Assembly: GCA_035341015.1 (NCBI GenBank)
Contig: DAOQUL010000002.1
Span: forward strand, 43,360 to 107,359
Direction: 5' to 3'
DNA: 64,000 bases
Source of the DNA: Anaerolineales bacterium
GTDB lineage: Bacteria; Chloroflexota; Anaerolineae; Anaerolineales; UBA4823
The position numbers and the translations under genes were made by a program. Below, piece after piece: positions 28,498 through 38,969 of the stretch. Numbering within the stretch: position 1 is the first letter of the stretch; every line of letters begins with the position of its first letter. The notes below the pieces were generated by a model. It was not told the origin of the DNA and made no database searches. It saw only the letters and a program-made list of their open reading frames with translations.

Positions 28498-29463
28498 TCA
28501 CAATAATTTACGGGTAGCGGCCAACACAGTTTCTTGCACCTGTTCCAAGCTACCATCCATTTCAGCACCGGCAGCGGCACGGTGCCCCCCACCCCCAAAT
28601 TGCTGCGCCACTTGCGAAACATCCAGGTCAGATGATGCAAGCCCGCAAACACGCCAGCTAATTTTAACATGATTTTGGCTTTGCTGGACAAAAATCAAAG
28701 CAATATCCATCTCAGAAATAGCCGAAAGGATATTGACCAGGTCGGCATCATCCCGAGCCATGTAGCCGGCATCCTGGCGATCTTGCAACGACAATGAAGT
28801 CCACGCCATACGGCCATCGCGCTGCAAGCGGGCCAAGCCAGCCCCCCAATACCGCGCCGCTGAGAAGGAGCGCTGGACCAGGGCAGGATAATACATGCGC
28901 GCCAGGTCGCCGCCGGCCTCCATCAAGTCAGCCGCAGTGCGCATGGCATCTGGATTCATGCTGGCGATGCGGAACCCCACCGTATCCGTCACCAGGCCAG
29001 TTAGCAAAGCATTGGCCACTTCAGGCGTGATTTCAAACCCCAACACGGGTAAAAGCTGCGCCAGGATCTCAGCCGTTGCCACCGCATGAGAGACAACCAG
29101 GTTGGTACGGCCAAATAACTGGTTGGTGGGATGGTGGTCAATGTTCAAGTCCGGCTGCACAACCTCGTTCAGGGCACTGCCCACCCGCTTCAACTCGGCA
29201 CAGTCCACCACGATCCGATAATCGAACGCGCCTTTAGCGCAGGTGCGCACATCGCCGCTGCCATCCAGATGGCAAAAATTCGCCGGCACACCGTCATCCA
29301 AAACCATCTGCACGCTTTTGCCAGCTTTTTGCAATGCCAACCCCAGCCCCAACAGCGAACCAATCGCATCGCCATCTGGGCGGATATGAGAAACGATCAG
29401 AATCCGTTCAGCCTTGCTCAACTCCTGGCGGATGATAGCTACCAGGTCTTGGTCAAACATCAT
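28498..29463 (-). CDS. nrnA: DHH/DHHA1 phosphoesterase (NrnA-like oligoribonuclease/pAp phosphatase)
   Basis: 321 aa. Motifs HIRPDGDAIGS, IDHH and the DHHA1 motif GGGGH are present. Confidence 0.8.
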   Translation of the reverse strand: MMFDQDLVAIIRQELSKAERILIVSHIRPDGDAIGSLLGLGLALQKAGKSVQMVLDDGVPANFCHLDGSGDVRTCAKGAFDYRIVVDCAELKRVGSALNEVVQPDLNIDHHPTNQLFGRTNLVVSHAVATAEILAQLLPVLGFEITPEVANALLTGLVTDTVGFRIASMNPDAMRTAADLMEAGGDLARMYYPALVQRSFSAARYWGAGLARLQRDGRMAWTSLSLQDRQDAGYMARDDADLVNILSAISEMDIALIFVQQSQNHVKISWRVCGLASSDLDVSQVAQQFGGGGHRAAAGAEMDGSLEQVQETVLAATRKLL

Positions 29464-29846
29464 TCAGGCTTACCTCCCTGGTCGTCGTCTGTTTGATGCA
29501 GCGAAGCGATCAGACGCTCGATTTTATCTGCATGCTCAAACGTAGGATCCCAGTGAAAACGCAAGCGTGGCATCGTACGCAGCTCAACCCGGCGGGCCAG
29601 CTCACTACGCAAAAAACCCTGGGCGCGGTCCAACGCCGCCAAAACCTCAGAAGCGCGCGCCACGCCCTCGATGGCGCAAACATGCACATCGGCATAAGCC
29701 AGCTCGCGGTCAACCTCCACATCCGTCACCGAAACACCTTTCAGGCGCGGATCATTGCTGCCCGTTAAAAGGATCTCTGAAAGCTCCTCGCGGATGCGAT
29801 CCCCAATGCGCGTGGTGCGTTTCTTCGCAACCAAATCGTCCTCCAA
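29460..29846 (-). CDS. rbfA: ribosome-binding factor A
   Basis: 128 aa. It has an RbfA-like KH-fold pattern (RIGDRIREELSEIL...VTDVEVDRELAYADV) and sits directly downstream of infB. Confidence 0.85.
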   Translation of the reverse strand: MEDDLVAKKRTTRIGDRIREELSEILLTGSNDPRLKGVSVTDVEVDRELAYADVHVCAIEGVARASEVLAALDRAQGFLRSELARRVELRTMPRLRFHWDPTFEHADKIERLIASLHQTDDDQGGKPE

Positions 29847-29892
29847 TCAATCGCCTGACGCTCAACACCAGCCAGGCGATCCATACCGCTGC

Positions 29893-31683
29893 TTAGGCCG
29901 CAGCCACCTTTTCAATGACAAAACACTCAATGCGATCCCCCAAGACGTACTCGCCAAAACCCTTGACCGCAATGCCGCACTCAAAACCCTGGCGCAGCTC
30001 ACGGACATCCTCGCTCAGGTGGCGCAGCGATTGCACTTCGCTTTCATGGATAACCTGGTTATTGCGCAGTACGCGCGCCCGGGCACCACGCCTGATCTCG
30101 CCGTCTGTGATATAACAACCCGCTACGCTGCCGAACTTGGTGACACGGAAGACCTGGCGAATCTCTGCGTGGCCAATGACCACCTCTTTCAGCTCTGGTT
30201 CCAACATGCCTTTGAGGGCCTTCTCAATATCCTCGAGCATACGATAAATAATATCGTATAACCGGATCGATACCCCCTCTGCTTCAGCCAGGCGGCGCGC
30301 CGCGGCATCAGCCTGAACGTTAAAGCCGATCACAATGGCTTTCGAAGCAGCCGCAAGCATGACATCATTTTCGGTGATGTTTCCGGTTTCAGCATGTAAA
30401 ATGTTGAGGGAGATTTCGTGACTGCTCAAATCCTTAAGCGAAGAGTTGATCGGCTCTAGAGAACCCTGCACATCGGCCTTAAGGATCAGGCGCAGTTCAC
30501 GCACATCGCCAGCCTGGAAACGCTCGAACAACTGTTCCAGCGTAATCTGGCTCTTTTTCACTGCCTGGGCCTGGTCGGCATCCTGGTGCCGTTGATATAC
30601 GATGCCGCGGGCTTCTTTTTCAGATTCAACCACCTCAAATAAGTCACCTGCCTCGGGGACCTCGTTCAGGCCCATCACCGATACAGGCATCGAGGGGCCG
30701 GCCTTGCGCAACCGGCGGCCGCGATAATCAAACATGGCTTTCAATCGGCCGTTTGCCTGGCCGACCACCACCACATCGCCCACCTCTAAGGTGCCGTTTT
30801 GCACCAGCAAGGTGGCCATCGCACCCTTGGCTTTATCCAACTCGGCCTCAATGACGGTGCCAATAACCTTTCCATCCGGGTTCGCGCGGATATCGGTATT
30901 ATCAGCCACCAGCAAGATGGCTTCCATCAGATCTTCCAGGCCCAAGCGCTTCTTGGCAGAGATAGGAACAACCAGGGTATCGCCATCCCAATCATCGGGC
31001 ACCAATTCAATCTCAGCCAACTGCTGCTTCAAGCGGTCTGGATCGGCATTGGGTTTATCGATCTTATTCATCGCCACGATGATGGGGACATGAGCGGCCT
31101 TGGCATGGGCAGCGGCTTCTTTCGTTTGCGGCATGACGCCGTCATCGGCAGCCACCACCAAAACGACAATATCTGCCCCTTGGGCACCGCGGGCCCGCAT
31201 GGCAGTAAATGCCGCATGGCCTGGGGTATCCAAGAAGGTGATTGGCCGTCCGTTATGTTCAACCTGGTAGGCACCAATGTGCTGGGTAATACCGCCCACC
31301 TCGCCCTCGGCCACGTTCGCGTGCCGGATGGCATCCAGGAGGGTCGTTTTGCCATGATCGACATGCCCCAAGATCGTTACCACCGGCGGGCGAACCGTCA
31401 GTTTTTCTGGAGCTTCATCGGCAATCATCCGCCGCCACAACGGGATCTCACCCGTATCTTTTTCTTCTACTTCTTGTGTTTCCGGCGTTGCTTCAAAACC
31501 CAGCTCAGAAGCCACAATCGCGGCCGTGTCGAAATCGATCTGCTGATTGATATTTGCCATTACCCCATTGGCCATCAAGGCCTTAATGACATCAATGGGG
31601 CTGGCATCCATGACCTTTGCCAGTTCACGTACAGTTATGCTGGCTGGTAATATGATCGTCTTATGCCCGCTCTCGCTCATCAT
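29893..31683 (-). CDS. infB: translation initiation factor IF-2 (short N-terminus)
   Basis: 596 aa. G-domain motifs [14 protein letters not shown] and NKID are present. A strong GAGGAGG SD precedes the ATG. Confidence 0.95.
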   Translation of the reverse strand: MMSESGHKTIILPASITVRELAKVMDASPIDVIKALMANGVMANINQQIDFDTAAIVASELGFEATPETQEVEEKDTGEIPLWRRMIADEAPEKLTVRPPVVTILGHVDHGKTTLLDAIRHANVAEGEVGGITQHIGAYQVEHNGRPITFLDTPGHAAFTAMRARGAQGADIVVLVVAADDGVMPQTKEAAAHAKAAHVPIIVAMNKIDKPNADPDRLKQQLAEIELVPDDWDGDTLVVPISAKKRLGLEDLMEAILLVADNTDIRANPDGKVIGTVIEAELDKAKGAMATLLVQNGTLEVGDVVVVGQANGRLKAMFDYRGRRLRKAGPSMPVSVMGLNEVPEAGDLFEVVESEKEARGIVYQRHQDADQAQAVKKSQITLEQLFERFQAGDVRELRLILKADVQGSLEPINSSLKDLSSHEISLNILHAETGNITENDVMLAAASKAIVIGFNVQADAAARRLAEAEGVSIRLYDIIYRMLEDIEKALKGMLEPELKEVVIGHAEIRQVFRVTKFGSVAGCYITDGEIRRGARARVLRNNQVIHESEVQSLRHLSEDVRELRQGFECGIAVKGFGEYVLGDRIECFVIEKVAAA

Positions 31684-31738
31684 GGCACCTCCTCAGATAC
31701 CGTCTGCGTGCTCCCATGAGCGAGTGAGGCAAGGTACA

Positions 31739-32041
31739 TCACCCGTTCATTTCGTTTGTATCTCCCGGTAAAGATGCTGCAAAAGCACGTAACTGCTCTC
31801 GTTCAGCATCCGTCAACTCGGCTTTCAATGCACCTGCAAGCGCCCCTTGCAAGCCGCGCTCCCAACAAGAACGCTGATCGTGCAAGTAAGCCCCCCTGCC
31901 AGCCAATTTGCCCGTGGGGTCAACAACAACACCCTGCGGGCTGTGCACTATTCTGATTAACGATCTCTTCGGAAGCACACTCCTACAGCCCACGCAGGTG
32001 CGCTGAGGAATGTGCTTCCGTTTACCGGGTTTTCGGGGCAC
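31739..32041 (-). CDS. ylxR: YlxR/RnpM-family (DUF448) RNA-binding protein
   Basis: 100 aa. Motifs RTCVGCR and GRGAYL are present. It sits in the canonical position between nusA and infB. Confidence 0.85.
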   Translation of the reverse strand: MPRKPGKRKHIPQRTCVGCRSVLPKRSLIRIVHSPQGVVVDPTGKLAGRGAYLHDQRSCWERGLQGALAGALKAELTDAEREQLRAFAASLPGDTNEMNG

Positions 32042-32059
32042 GCTCTTTTCTCGAATTGA

Positions 32060-34018
32060 TTAGAGATAATCGTCGTCCCAACCACCGTCTCGCTTGCGAT
32101 GCCGCTTGATGACGTTAACACCATGGTCGGGGTCAAATTGCACTTCCACAAATTTCTTCTTCTTTTTCTTCTTCTTGCCTGTTGCCTTCTGGTCGAGATC
32201 GTCTTCTTCCTCGCTGTCTTCATCCTGAGGCACATATGCTTCGGGGAGCTGGTCAAAAATGTCGTCCAGGTTGCCAGGCTGTTCTGCCGGGGATTCATCA
32301 CTTGAGGCAGCTTGCTCAACCACAACTTCTGGCCCAGCTTCAAGCGCGGGGGCCTCGCCAGAGGGCATTTCTGCTTCATCCGGCGTCAGAACCACATCCA
32401 CGGCCGGAATCTCTGTCACAGGCTCAGCGGCTTCTGTTGGTGTAACTTCAGCAGCTTGGGGGGCTTCTTCTGCCAAACCAGCAGCAGGCGCTTCAACCTC
32501 AGCCTCCACAGGCTCGGGCTCGGGGAAGGTTAAGCCGGCCAATGTCTCTTGCAATTCCGACATCGCCTTGGGGCCGAAACCGCTCAAGCCCATAATAGCA
32601 TCTGAGTCAAATGCCATTTGCAGCATCACATCGCCCACGGTCTGGTAACCAGCTTCGCTGAGCAATGCATACAAGCGATCTGAGAAAGGCGCATCTTCAA
32701 TTGCCTGTACAAACGCGCCCTGCGGGATGGTGGCCCGTAGTGTCTTACGCCGCTCATCCTCAGCACGTTTCTCGGCTGACCGGCGGTGCAGTAGACCGCG
32801 TTCCACACGATCCACAAATTGGCTCAGGACCTGGTACTCTTCAGGAGTAACCGGTCGGCCTTCGGCCTTCTTGGCTAACACAGCCTCCACACGCGGCAGG
32901 GTATCGGTTTCTTGCTCTGCCATGAAGGTGTATTCGGGATCTGTCCCCAATTTCTGGAGAGAATCTGCCGCCGCTTCGATCAGGCTCTTGATATCGATGC
33001 GCCAGCTTGTCAACTTGGCAGCCAGGCGCGCATTTTGCCCATCCCGGCCAATCGCCAGGCTGAGCTGATCTTCCATCACCACCACGGTAGCCGTCTTGGC
33101 ACCTTTGGCGTGTTCATTCAAATATACACCGGTGACGCGCGCCGGGCTGAGCGCCTTCGCAATGTAAGACGCCGGATCGGTGTCGTACTCAATTACATCG
33201 ATCTTTTCGTCGTTCAACTCGCGCACGATGGCCTGGATACGCACGCCGCGAATACCCACGCAAGCGCCGACCGGGTCAACCGCCGGTTGGAGCGCCGCCA
33301 CAGCCACCTTCGAACGCTGGCCCGGCTCACGGGCAATCGAGCGGATCTCAACCAGGCCATGATAAATTTCGGGCACTTCATTTTCTAATAACCGGCGCAA
33401 GAAGTTGCGGTGCGACCGAGAAAGGATAATTTGCGGCCCCCGAGGAGTTTGCTTCACTTCCAACAGCAAAGACTGCACCCGGTCGTGAACGCGGAAACGC
33501 TCGCCGGGAATCTGCTGGTTGCGCGGCAAGACGCCTTCTGCCTTCATATCCAGTCCCAGGGTAGCACCCTGCGGCGTAACCGCCTGCACAATGCCGCTGA
33601 CGATCTCGCCGACCTGCTTGGCATAATGTTTCATCTGCGAATCGCGCTCAGCTTCGCGGATGCGCTGCTGGATTACCTGGCGCGCAGTTTGAGCCGCCAC
33701 ACGCCCAAAGTCTTTGGGGGTCGACTCAACCACTACCATACCACCCAGCTCAGCGGCCGGATCGATCTTCTGGGCAGCTTCCAGCGTCACTTCTGTGCGC
33801 TCATCCTGCACTGCCTCAACGATTTCCTTCTCGGCAAAAACGGTCACCTTGCCGGTATCCGGATCGATCTTGGCCTCAACATGCTGAGCATTCGATGCAT
33901 TGACGGCGCGCCGATAGGCCGAAACCATGGCCGCCTCTAAAGCCTCAAGGACAACATCCTTGGGCAGGCCCTTCTCTTCAAGGACCTCATTGAAAGCTAA
34001 AACAAACTCGTTTTTCAT
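32060..34018 (-). CDS. nusA: transcription termination/antitermination factor NusA with long C-terminal extension
   Basis: 652 aa. The NusA N-terminal domain, S1 domain and two KH domains ([11 protein letters not shown]) are followed by one HhH-like module. A ~160-aa acidic tract, K8 and a basic tail complete the protein. Confidence 0.9.
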   Translation of the reverse strand: MKNEFVLAFNEVLEEKGLPKDVVLEALEAAMVSAYRRAVNASNAQHVEAKIDPDTGKVTVFAEKEIVEAVQDERTEVTLEAAQKIDPAAELGGMVVVESTPKDFGRVAAQTARQVIQQRIREAERDSQMKHYAKQVGEIVSGIVQAVTPQGATLGLDMKAEGVLPRNQQIPGERFRVHDRVQSLLLEVKQTPRGPQIILSRSHRNFLRRLLENEVPEIYHGLVEIRSIAREPGQRSKVAVAALQPAVDPVGACVGIRGVRIQAIVRELNDEKIDVIEYDTDPASYIAKALSPARVTGVYLNEHAKGAKTATVVVMEDQLSLAIGRDGQNARLAAKLTSWRIDIKSLIEAAADSLQKLGTDPEYTFMAEQETDTLPRVEAVLAKKAEGRPVTPEEYQVLSQFVDRVERGLLHRRSAEKRAEDERRKTLRATIPQGAFVQAIEDAPFSDRLYALLSEAGYQTVGDVMLQMAFDSDAIMGLSGFGPKAMSELQETLAGLTFPEPEPVEAEVEAPAAGLAEEAPQAAEVTPTEAAEPVTEIPAVDVVLTPDEAEMPSGEAPALEAGPEVVVEQAASSDESPAEQPGNLDDIFDQLPEAYVPQDEDSEEEDDLDQKATGKKKKKKKKFVEVQFDPDHGVNVIKRHRKRDGGWDDDYL

Positions 34019-34080
34019 CCGTTCCCTGTCTCTAAAGACTACGTTGTTTGTGCGATCTGATCACTGGTGATATTATGCAA

Positions 34081-34105
34081 GAAAAGTGGGGGCTGCCCAC
34101 TTTTC
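34081..34105 (-). terminator. terminator-like hairpin in the nusA 5' leader (candidate attenuator)
   Basis: On the minus-strand RNA, GAAAAGUGGG-CAGCC-CCCACUUUUC forms a 10-bp stem followed by UUGCAUAAUAU. It lies between the predicted promoter and the nusA ATG. Confidence 0.4.
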
Positions 34106-34144
34106 CAAGTCGTCGTATTCACCAGCCTCACTAACAGTGACTAA

Positions 34145-34173
34145 ATTTTAGCACGGAACTGGTCGAGATGCAA
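34145..34173 (-). promoter_or_regulatory. sigma70-type promoter (with TG extension) for the nusA array
   Basis: On the minus strand, TTGCAT (34173-34168) is followed by a 17-nt spacer ending in TGc and then TAAAAT (34150-34145). Confidence 0.55.
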
Positions 34174-34217
34174 GGCTATTTTCAGTTAAAATTAGGGGTA
34201 AATAGGATACCTCTTTT

Positions 34218-36155
34218 ATGAATTTTCTCCAACCGGCTGCGCTGGCCCTTGGGCTGCTGGCCATTCCCGTCCTGCTTCTTTACATGCTCAAACTGCGCCG
34301 CCGCAGAGTTGAGGTTTCATCTACCATGCTGTGGCAGGCCCTGCTGCGCGACCGGCAGGCCAATGCTCCGTGGCAAAAGCTCAAACGTAACCTGCTCTTA
34401 TTGCTCCAACTGCTCATTCTCGCGGCCCTGGTCATCGGGTTGGCGCGCCCAGCCGTGCCGGTGGCCAGCGTCTCTTCTGGCTCGGTGGTCATCCTGCTGG
34501 ACGCATCGGCATCGATGAATGCCAATGATGTCAGCCCATCTCGCTTTGCAGCGGCCCTGGAGGCGGTCCAGCAGATCATACGCAACCTAGAAAGCGGGGC
34601 GCGCATGACCATTATCCTGGCAGGCAAACAGCCGCTGGTCCTGGCATCTGCAGAAAGCGACCCCAATGCCCTGGTTCAATCACTGCGCTCAGCCGCCCCA
34701 TCGCAAGGGGCAAGCGATTGGAATGCTGCCTTTGCGCTGGCGGCAGGGGCAGCCGCCAGCGCAGCCAGCGCCGGGCAGACCGCCGCCACGGTGGTCATCA
34801 TCTCAGATGGTGGGCTGCCGGCGCAAGGATTGCCCCCATTGCCCGGCGAAGTACGTTATATGCCGATCGGCACCACCAGCGATAACCTGGCAATCTCGGC
34901 CCTGGCCCTGCGCCAGGCCGGGAACGGTGCCGAATTATTCGCCAGCGTTACCAATTATGGCGATGCTGAGCGCAGCGCTATCTTTTCACTGTACATCAAT
35001 AATGAATTGCTCAGCGCGCAGCAAATTTCGGCACCCGCCGGAGAGCAAACGACGGTGACCATTGGCGGCTTGCCGGCCCCAGCCGCATCTGAAACGATCT
35101 ACCAGGCTCGCCTGACCAGCGCCGTCAATCCACAAGAGAACCCCGGCCAAAACCAGCTCGATGCCCTGGCCCTGGACGACATGGCCTTCGCGGTTTACCA
35201 AACCCCGCGCCAGGGACGCACCCTGTTGGTCACCCCCTCCGAAGCAGGGGGCAATTTCTTCTTAGAACAGGTGCTCACCGCCCTGCCCGGCATCACACCT
35301 TACAGGGCCCTGCCCGGCGAAAACGGCAGCCTTCAGATTCCAGCCGCCCCCTTTGACCTGTATGTTTTCGACAATACAGCACCCAACCTTGAGAGCCTTC
35401 CTCCTGGCAGCCTGTTATTGGTGAACCCGCCAACCAGCACGCTTTTCACCGTGGGGGCCACCTTTGCCATGAGCGATACCGCGCAAGTAATTGAGCACCC
35501 CCTCACGCGCTACGTGGATTGGAGCAATGTACATGTTGCCCAGGCACGGCAGGTGGAAGTGCCTGCCTGGGCAGATACCCTGGTGCGCGCCAGCAGTGGG
35601 GTTTTGGTTTTTGCAGGCGAACATGAAGGCCGGCGGATTGCAGTGCTGACCTTTGACCTACACCAATCCGACCTGCCCCTGCAGGTGGCCTTCCCCATCT
35701 TGTTCTCTAACCTGATGGGGTACTTGATCCCTGCCCAGGCATTTGACGCCCCAGATGGCTTACTGCCTGGCCAAAGTTTGCGCATCCTCCCACAGGCAGA
35801 TGTGACCCAGGTGGCGATTGCATCTCCAGATGGGCAGGTCTACAGCCTGCCGCCTGCCGAAGACGGCATCCTGTTTACCAATACGGATGAATTAGGGGTT
35901 TACGCGGTCAATTACCTGACTGCCAATACCACTCAAGATGATCCACCAGACGCCGATTTCTTCGCCGTGAACCTCTTCGAGCCGAGAGAATCAGATATCC
36001 GCCCGGCACCAGCCATCTATGTCGGCCAAAGCAGCGTCGCCGCATCTGCGCAAGACCAAGTCAGCCAACATGAATTGTGGCCTTGGGTGGCTGGCATTGG
36101 GCTCATCATACTCATGCTTGAATGGTGGATTTATCATGCTCGTCTACGATATTGA
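34218..36155 (+). CDS. BatA-like membrane VWA protein (N-terminal double-TM, VWA domain, C-terminal TM)
   Basis: 645 aa. An N-terminal double TM (LLAIPVLLLYMLKLRRRR) is followed by the MIDAS motif LLDASASM and a C-terminal TM helix. Confidence 0.75.
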   Translation: MNFLQPAALALGLLAIPVLLLYMLKLRRRRVEVSSTMLWQALLRDRQANAPWQKLKRNLLLLLQLLILAALVIGLARPAVPVASVSSGSVVILLDASASMNANDVSPSRFAAALEAVQQIIRNLESGARMTIILAGKQPLVLASAESDPNALVQSLRSAAPSQGASDWNAAFALAAGAAASAASAGQTAATVVIISDGGLPAQGLPPLPGEVRYMPIGTTSDNLAISALALRQAGNGAELFASVTNYGDAERSAIFSLYINNELLSAQQISAPAGEQTTVTIGGLPAPAASETIYQARLTSAVNPQENPGQNQLDALALDDMAFAVYQTPRQGRTLLVTPSEAGGNFFLEQVLTALPGITPYRALPGENGSLQIPAAPFDLYVFDNTAPNLESLPPGSLLLVNPPTSTLFTVGATFAMSDTAQVIEHPLTRYVDWSNVHVAQARQVEVPAWADTLVRASSGVLVFAGEHEGRRIAVLTFDLHQSDLPLQVAFPILFSNLMGYLIPAQAFDAPDGLLPGQSLRILPQADVTQVAIASPDGQVYSLPPAEDGILFTNTDELGVYAVNYLTANTTQDDPPDADFFAVNLFEPRESDIRPAPAIYVGQSSVAASAQDQVSQHELWPWVAGIGLIILMLEWWIYHARLRY

Positions 36156-37041
36156 GCACCTGACCAAAACCTACCCGGGGCAGGCCCAGCCCGTCAATTG
36201 TGAGATCAGCCTCCAGATCCAGGCCGGCGAGATATTTGGCATGCTGGGCGACAACGGCGCCGGAAAAAGCACGCTGGTCAAACAAATGGCGAACCTGGTG
36301 CAAAGCAGTTCCGGCAAAATATTGCTCTTTGACCAACTGGTCGGAAAAGACCCCCTGTTGGTACCGAGGCATGTTGGTTACATGCCTCAAGACAGCCTGG
36401 CTTTAAACAACCTGACCCTCGGAGAGGCCCTATACTTCACCGCCCACCTGCGCGGCCTTAGCCGAGCTGCCGCCCGGCAAGAACGCGACCGCCTGCTCGA
36501 AACCTGGCAAATCCAAGACCTGCGCCATAAGACCAGCCGCCAGCTCTCTGGCGGCCAAAAACGTTTGCTTCAGTTGGCAGTAGCCATGGCAGGCTCTCCC
36601 CCGGTATTGATTTTGGATGAGCCAACCAATGACCTGGACCCAGTGCGGCGCAGGCAAGTCTGGGAAATACTGCGCCGCGAGAACCACGAACTTGGCACAA
36701 CCATCATCTTCATCACCCACGATGCACTCGAGGCCGAGAAGATCATCCAACGGGTGGGCATCTTGCATGCGGGAAAATTGGTGGCGCTAGGGAAACCCGT
36801 CGACCTGAAATCTGGCATCGATCAAATGCTGCGCCTGGAATTGTTCTTCTCGCCAGAAGAACCACCCCTGCTGCCAGACGGCTTAACACCGCACGTCTTG
36901 GATACTGGGCGCTGGTTGGTGTACATCGAGCGGCTGCGCGCTGGCGAAGTGCTGAATTCGATCGACCTCGACCGGGTGGAAGATTTCCGGTTGTATTCCG
37001 CCACACTTGAAGACCTGTATTTATACTATGCGCACAATTAA
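36136..37041 (+). CDS. ABC transporter ATP-binding protein (ABC-2 type)
   Basis: I start it at ATG 36136, which overlaps the upstream gene by 20 nt. Walker A is GDNGAGKST, the signature is LSGGQKRL and Walker B is VLILDEPT. Confidence 0.9.
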   Translation: MLVYDIEHLTKTYPGQAQPVNCEISLQIQAGEIFGMLGDNGAGKSTLVKQMANLVQSSSGKILLFDQLVGKDPLLVPRHVGYMPQDSLALNNLTLGEALYFTAHLRGLSRAAARQERDRLLETWQIQDLRHKTSRQLSGGQKRLLQLAVAMAGSPPVLILDEPTNDLDPVRRRQVWEILRRENHELGTTIIFITHDALEAEKIIQRVGILHAGKLVALGKPVDLKSGIDQMLRLELFFSPEEPPLLPDGLTPHVLDTGRWLVYIERLRAGEVLNSIDLDRVEDFRLYSATLEDLYLYYAHN

Positions 37042-37786
37042 ACCACAGCCCTGGTCAAGCCAGCTTTTTGATCTAACCCTGATGCAGCTCACCAATTGGC
37101 GCTGGTCTTGGCGAAGCATGCTGATCACGGGTACACTGGCGCCGCTTGCCAGCCTGATGGCGCTGGGGACATTCTCGCGCCACCTGGGGATAGAAACCCT
37201 GAGTTATATCTTGGCAGGCAACCTGGTGATGGCTTTAATGTTTGAGAACCAGGGAAAGGTATGCAGTAATTTCGCTTTTATGCAGGCGATGGGGATGTTA
37301 AACTACTTTGCCACGCTGCCTCTCCGGCGCCATTTACTCATCCTGGCAACCGTGCTTTCCTTTTTGATGCTCTCTTTGCCGTCCCTGGCAATTACCCTAT
37401 TGCTAGGCAGCTTGTTTCTGCAGGTGCCCCTGCACCTGCACCCCTTGCTGCTGGTGGTTATCCCCCTGGCAGCCCTGCCGATGGCGGGCATTGGCGCGTT
37501 GATTGGCCTGAGCGCCCGAAGCGCAGAAGAGGCCGGCTCTATCAGTCTACTGGTAACCTTTGCCGCGGTAGCCATCGGGCCAGTTGTCATCCCGCCGACC
37601 CGGCTGCCCGTGTGGATGAACCAATTGGGAAACTTAAGCCCGGCTACCTACGCCGCATCGGCACTGCGCCAGACCTTGCTAGGCCCTGTGACCGAAAGGA
37701 TCATCTTGGACTTTTGCGTTTTAATTGCCTTTACAGCCCTCACCTTTTGGCTGGTTGGGCGTAAAATGGAGTGGCGAGTTGGATGA
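37028..37786 (+). CDS. ABC-2 family transporter permease
   Basis: About 252 aa with 6 predicted TM helices. ATG 37028 overlaps the ATPase gene by 14 nt. The longer ORF would begin at TTG 37007. Confidence 0.75.
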   Translation: MRTIKPQPWSSQLFDLTLMQLTNWRWSWRSMLITGTLAPLASLMALGTFSRHLGIETLSYILAGNLVMALMFENQGKVCSNFAFMQAMGMLNYFATLPLRRHLLILATVLSFLMLSLPSLAITLLLGSLFLQVPLHLHPLLLVVIPLAALPMAGIGALIGLSARSAEEAGSISLLVTFAAVAIGPVVIPPTRLPVWMNQLGNLSPATYAASALRQTLLGPVTERIILDFCVLIAFTALTFWLVGRKMEWRVG

Positions 37787-37825
37787 AAGAAATTCGTTTT
37801 ATCGTATAGAAAGGATCAATTATTA

Positions 37826-38953
37826 ATGAAGGCATTTGTAACAGGTGGAACAGGGTTTATTGGCAGGCAGGTTGTCCACAAACTGGTGCAGCGTGGCTAC
37901 AGCGTATTGGCGCTGGTGCGCTCAGAGCGCGGCGCGGCTGAGCTGCAATCGGCCGGCGCCCAGGTGGTTTGGGGCGATATTACCGACCGCGAGTCGATGC
38001 GAGAAGGTATGCAAGGCTGTGACATGGTTTTTCACATTGCGGCATGGTACAAGATCGGCGCTCGCCGCCAAGAAATGGCCGAGCGGATCAATGTAACCGG
38101 CACGCGCAATGTCTTAGAGCTGGCATACGAGTTGGGAATTCCCAAGATCATGTATACCAGCACCGTGGCGGTATACGGCAACACGCGCGGCATTGTGGCA
38201 GACGAGACTTACCGCATGCCATCTGACAAGCCCTTTATCAGCAATTACGATCGCACCAAATGGCTGGCGCACTACGAGGTGGCCCTGCCTTTGATTGCCA
38301 AGGGCGCCCCCATCACCATCGTGCTGCCCGGGGCTGTCTTTGGTCCTGGTGATCACAGCCTGGTTGGCGATATGATGCGCGCTTTCTACAAAGGATGGCT
38401 TTTTCTCTTTCCTGGCCCCGAGACGGTCTTATCATTCACCCACGTTGACGATATCGCCGAGGGACACATCCTGGCAGCCGAGAAGGGCAAACCGGGCGAG
38501 AGCTACATCATCACCGGGCCTGTGCTTTCGCTACGCCAGGCGGCAGCAATGTGGGCCCAGGTTTCTGGACGCCCCCTGCCCCTGGGCTATGTTCCTGCCC
38601 GTTTACTGCACCCCATCGTCCCGCTCTCAGACTGGCTGGGAGAGCGCATCGCAGCCTGGCCTCAACTCTTCAGCTCAGATGCCATTCGCATCACAGGGGC
38701 ATGCTATGCGGCGCAATCTTGCAAGGCTCAGCGCGAGTTGAATTGGTATCCGCGTTCATTGGAAGAAGGATTTAAAGACACCTTCGATGCCATTGCCCAG
38801 CAGGCAGCCGATAAAACACAGGCCGGCTTATTGGGGGCGGTCCCCGAGCTGCACGCTGTATCAGCAAAAAAGCGCAAGTTCACCACCGGCATGATCATCA
38901 GCGCCGCTTTAGGCATGCTCTTGTTCTGGAAGCTTGCCCGGCGGCGAAAGTGA
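37826..38953 (+). CDS. NAD-dependent epimerase/dehydratase (extended SDR) with C-terminal TM anchor
   Basis: 375 aa. The Rossmann motif VTGGTGFIG and the catalytic YxxxK motif (YDRTK) are present. The tail has a TM helix (MIISAALGMLLFWKLARRRK). Confidence 0.8.
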   Translation: MKAFVTGGTGFIGRQVVHKLVQRGYSVLALVRSERGAAELQSAGAQVVWGDITDRESMREGMQGCDMVFHIAAWYKIGARRQEMAERINVTGTRNVLELAYELGIPKIMYTSTVAVYGNTRGIVADETYRMPSDKPFISNYDRTKWLAHYEVALPLIAKGAPITIVLPGAVFGPGDHSLVGDMMRAFYKGWLFLFPGPETVLSFTHVDDIAEGHILAAEKGKPGESYIITGPVLSLRQAAAMWAQVSGRPLPLGYVPARLLHPIVPLSDWLGERIAAWPQLFSSDAIRITGACYAAQSCKAQRELNWYPRSLEEGFKDTFDAIAQQAADKTQAGLLGAVPELHAVSAKKRKFTTGMIISAALGMLLFWKLARRRK

Positions 38954-38969
38954 GTTCTGAGGCCGCACA

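Noticed and set aside
32153-32176. The poly-purine run encoding K8 in nusA, considered as a possible slippery frameshift site or assembly error.
   Set aside because: The frame stays open and yields a coherent, structured-looking tail. No alternative frame gives a better product. It is kept only as a caveat in the NusA finding.
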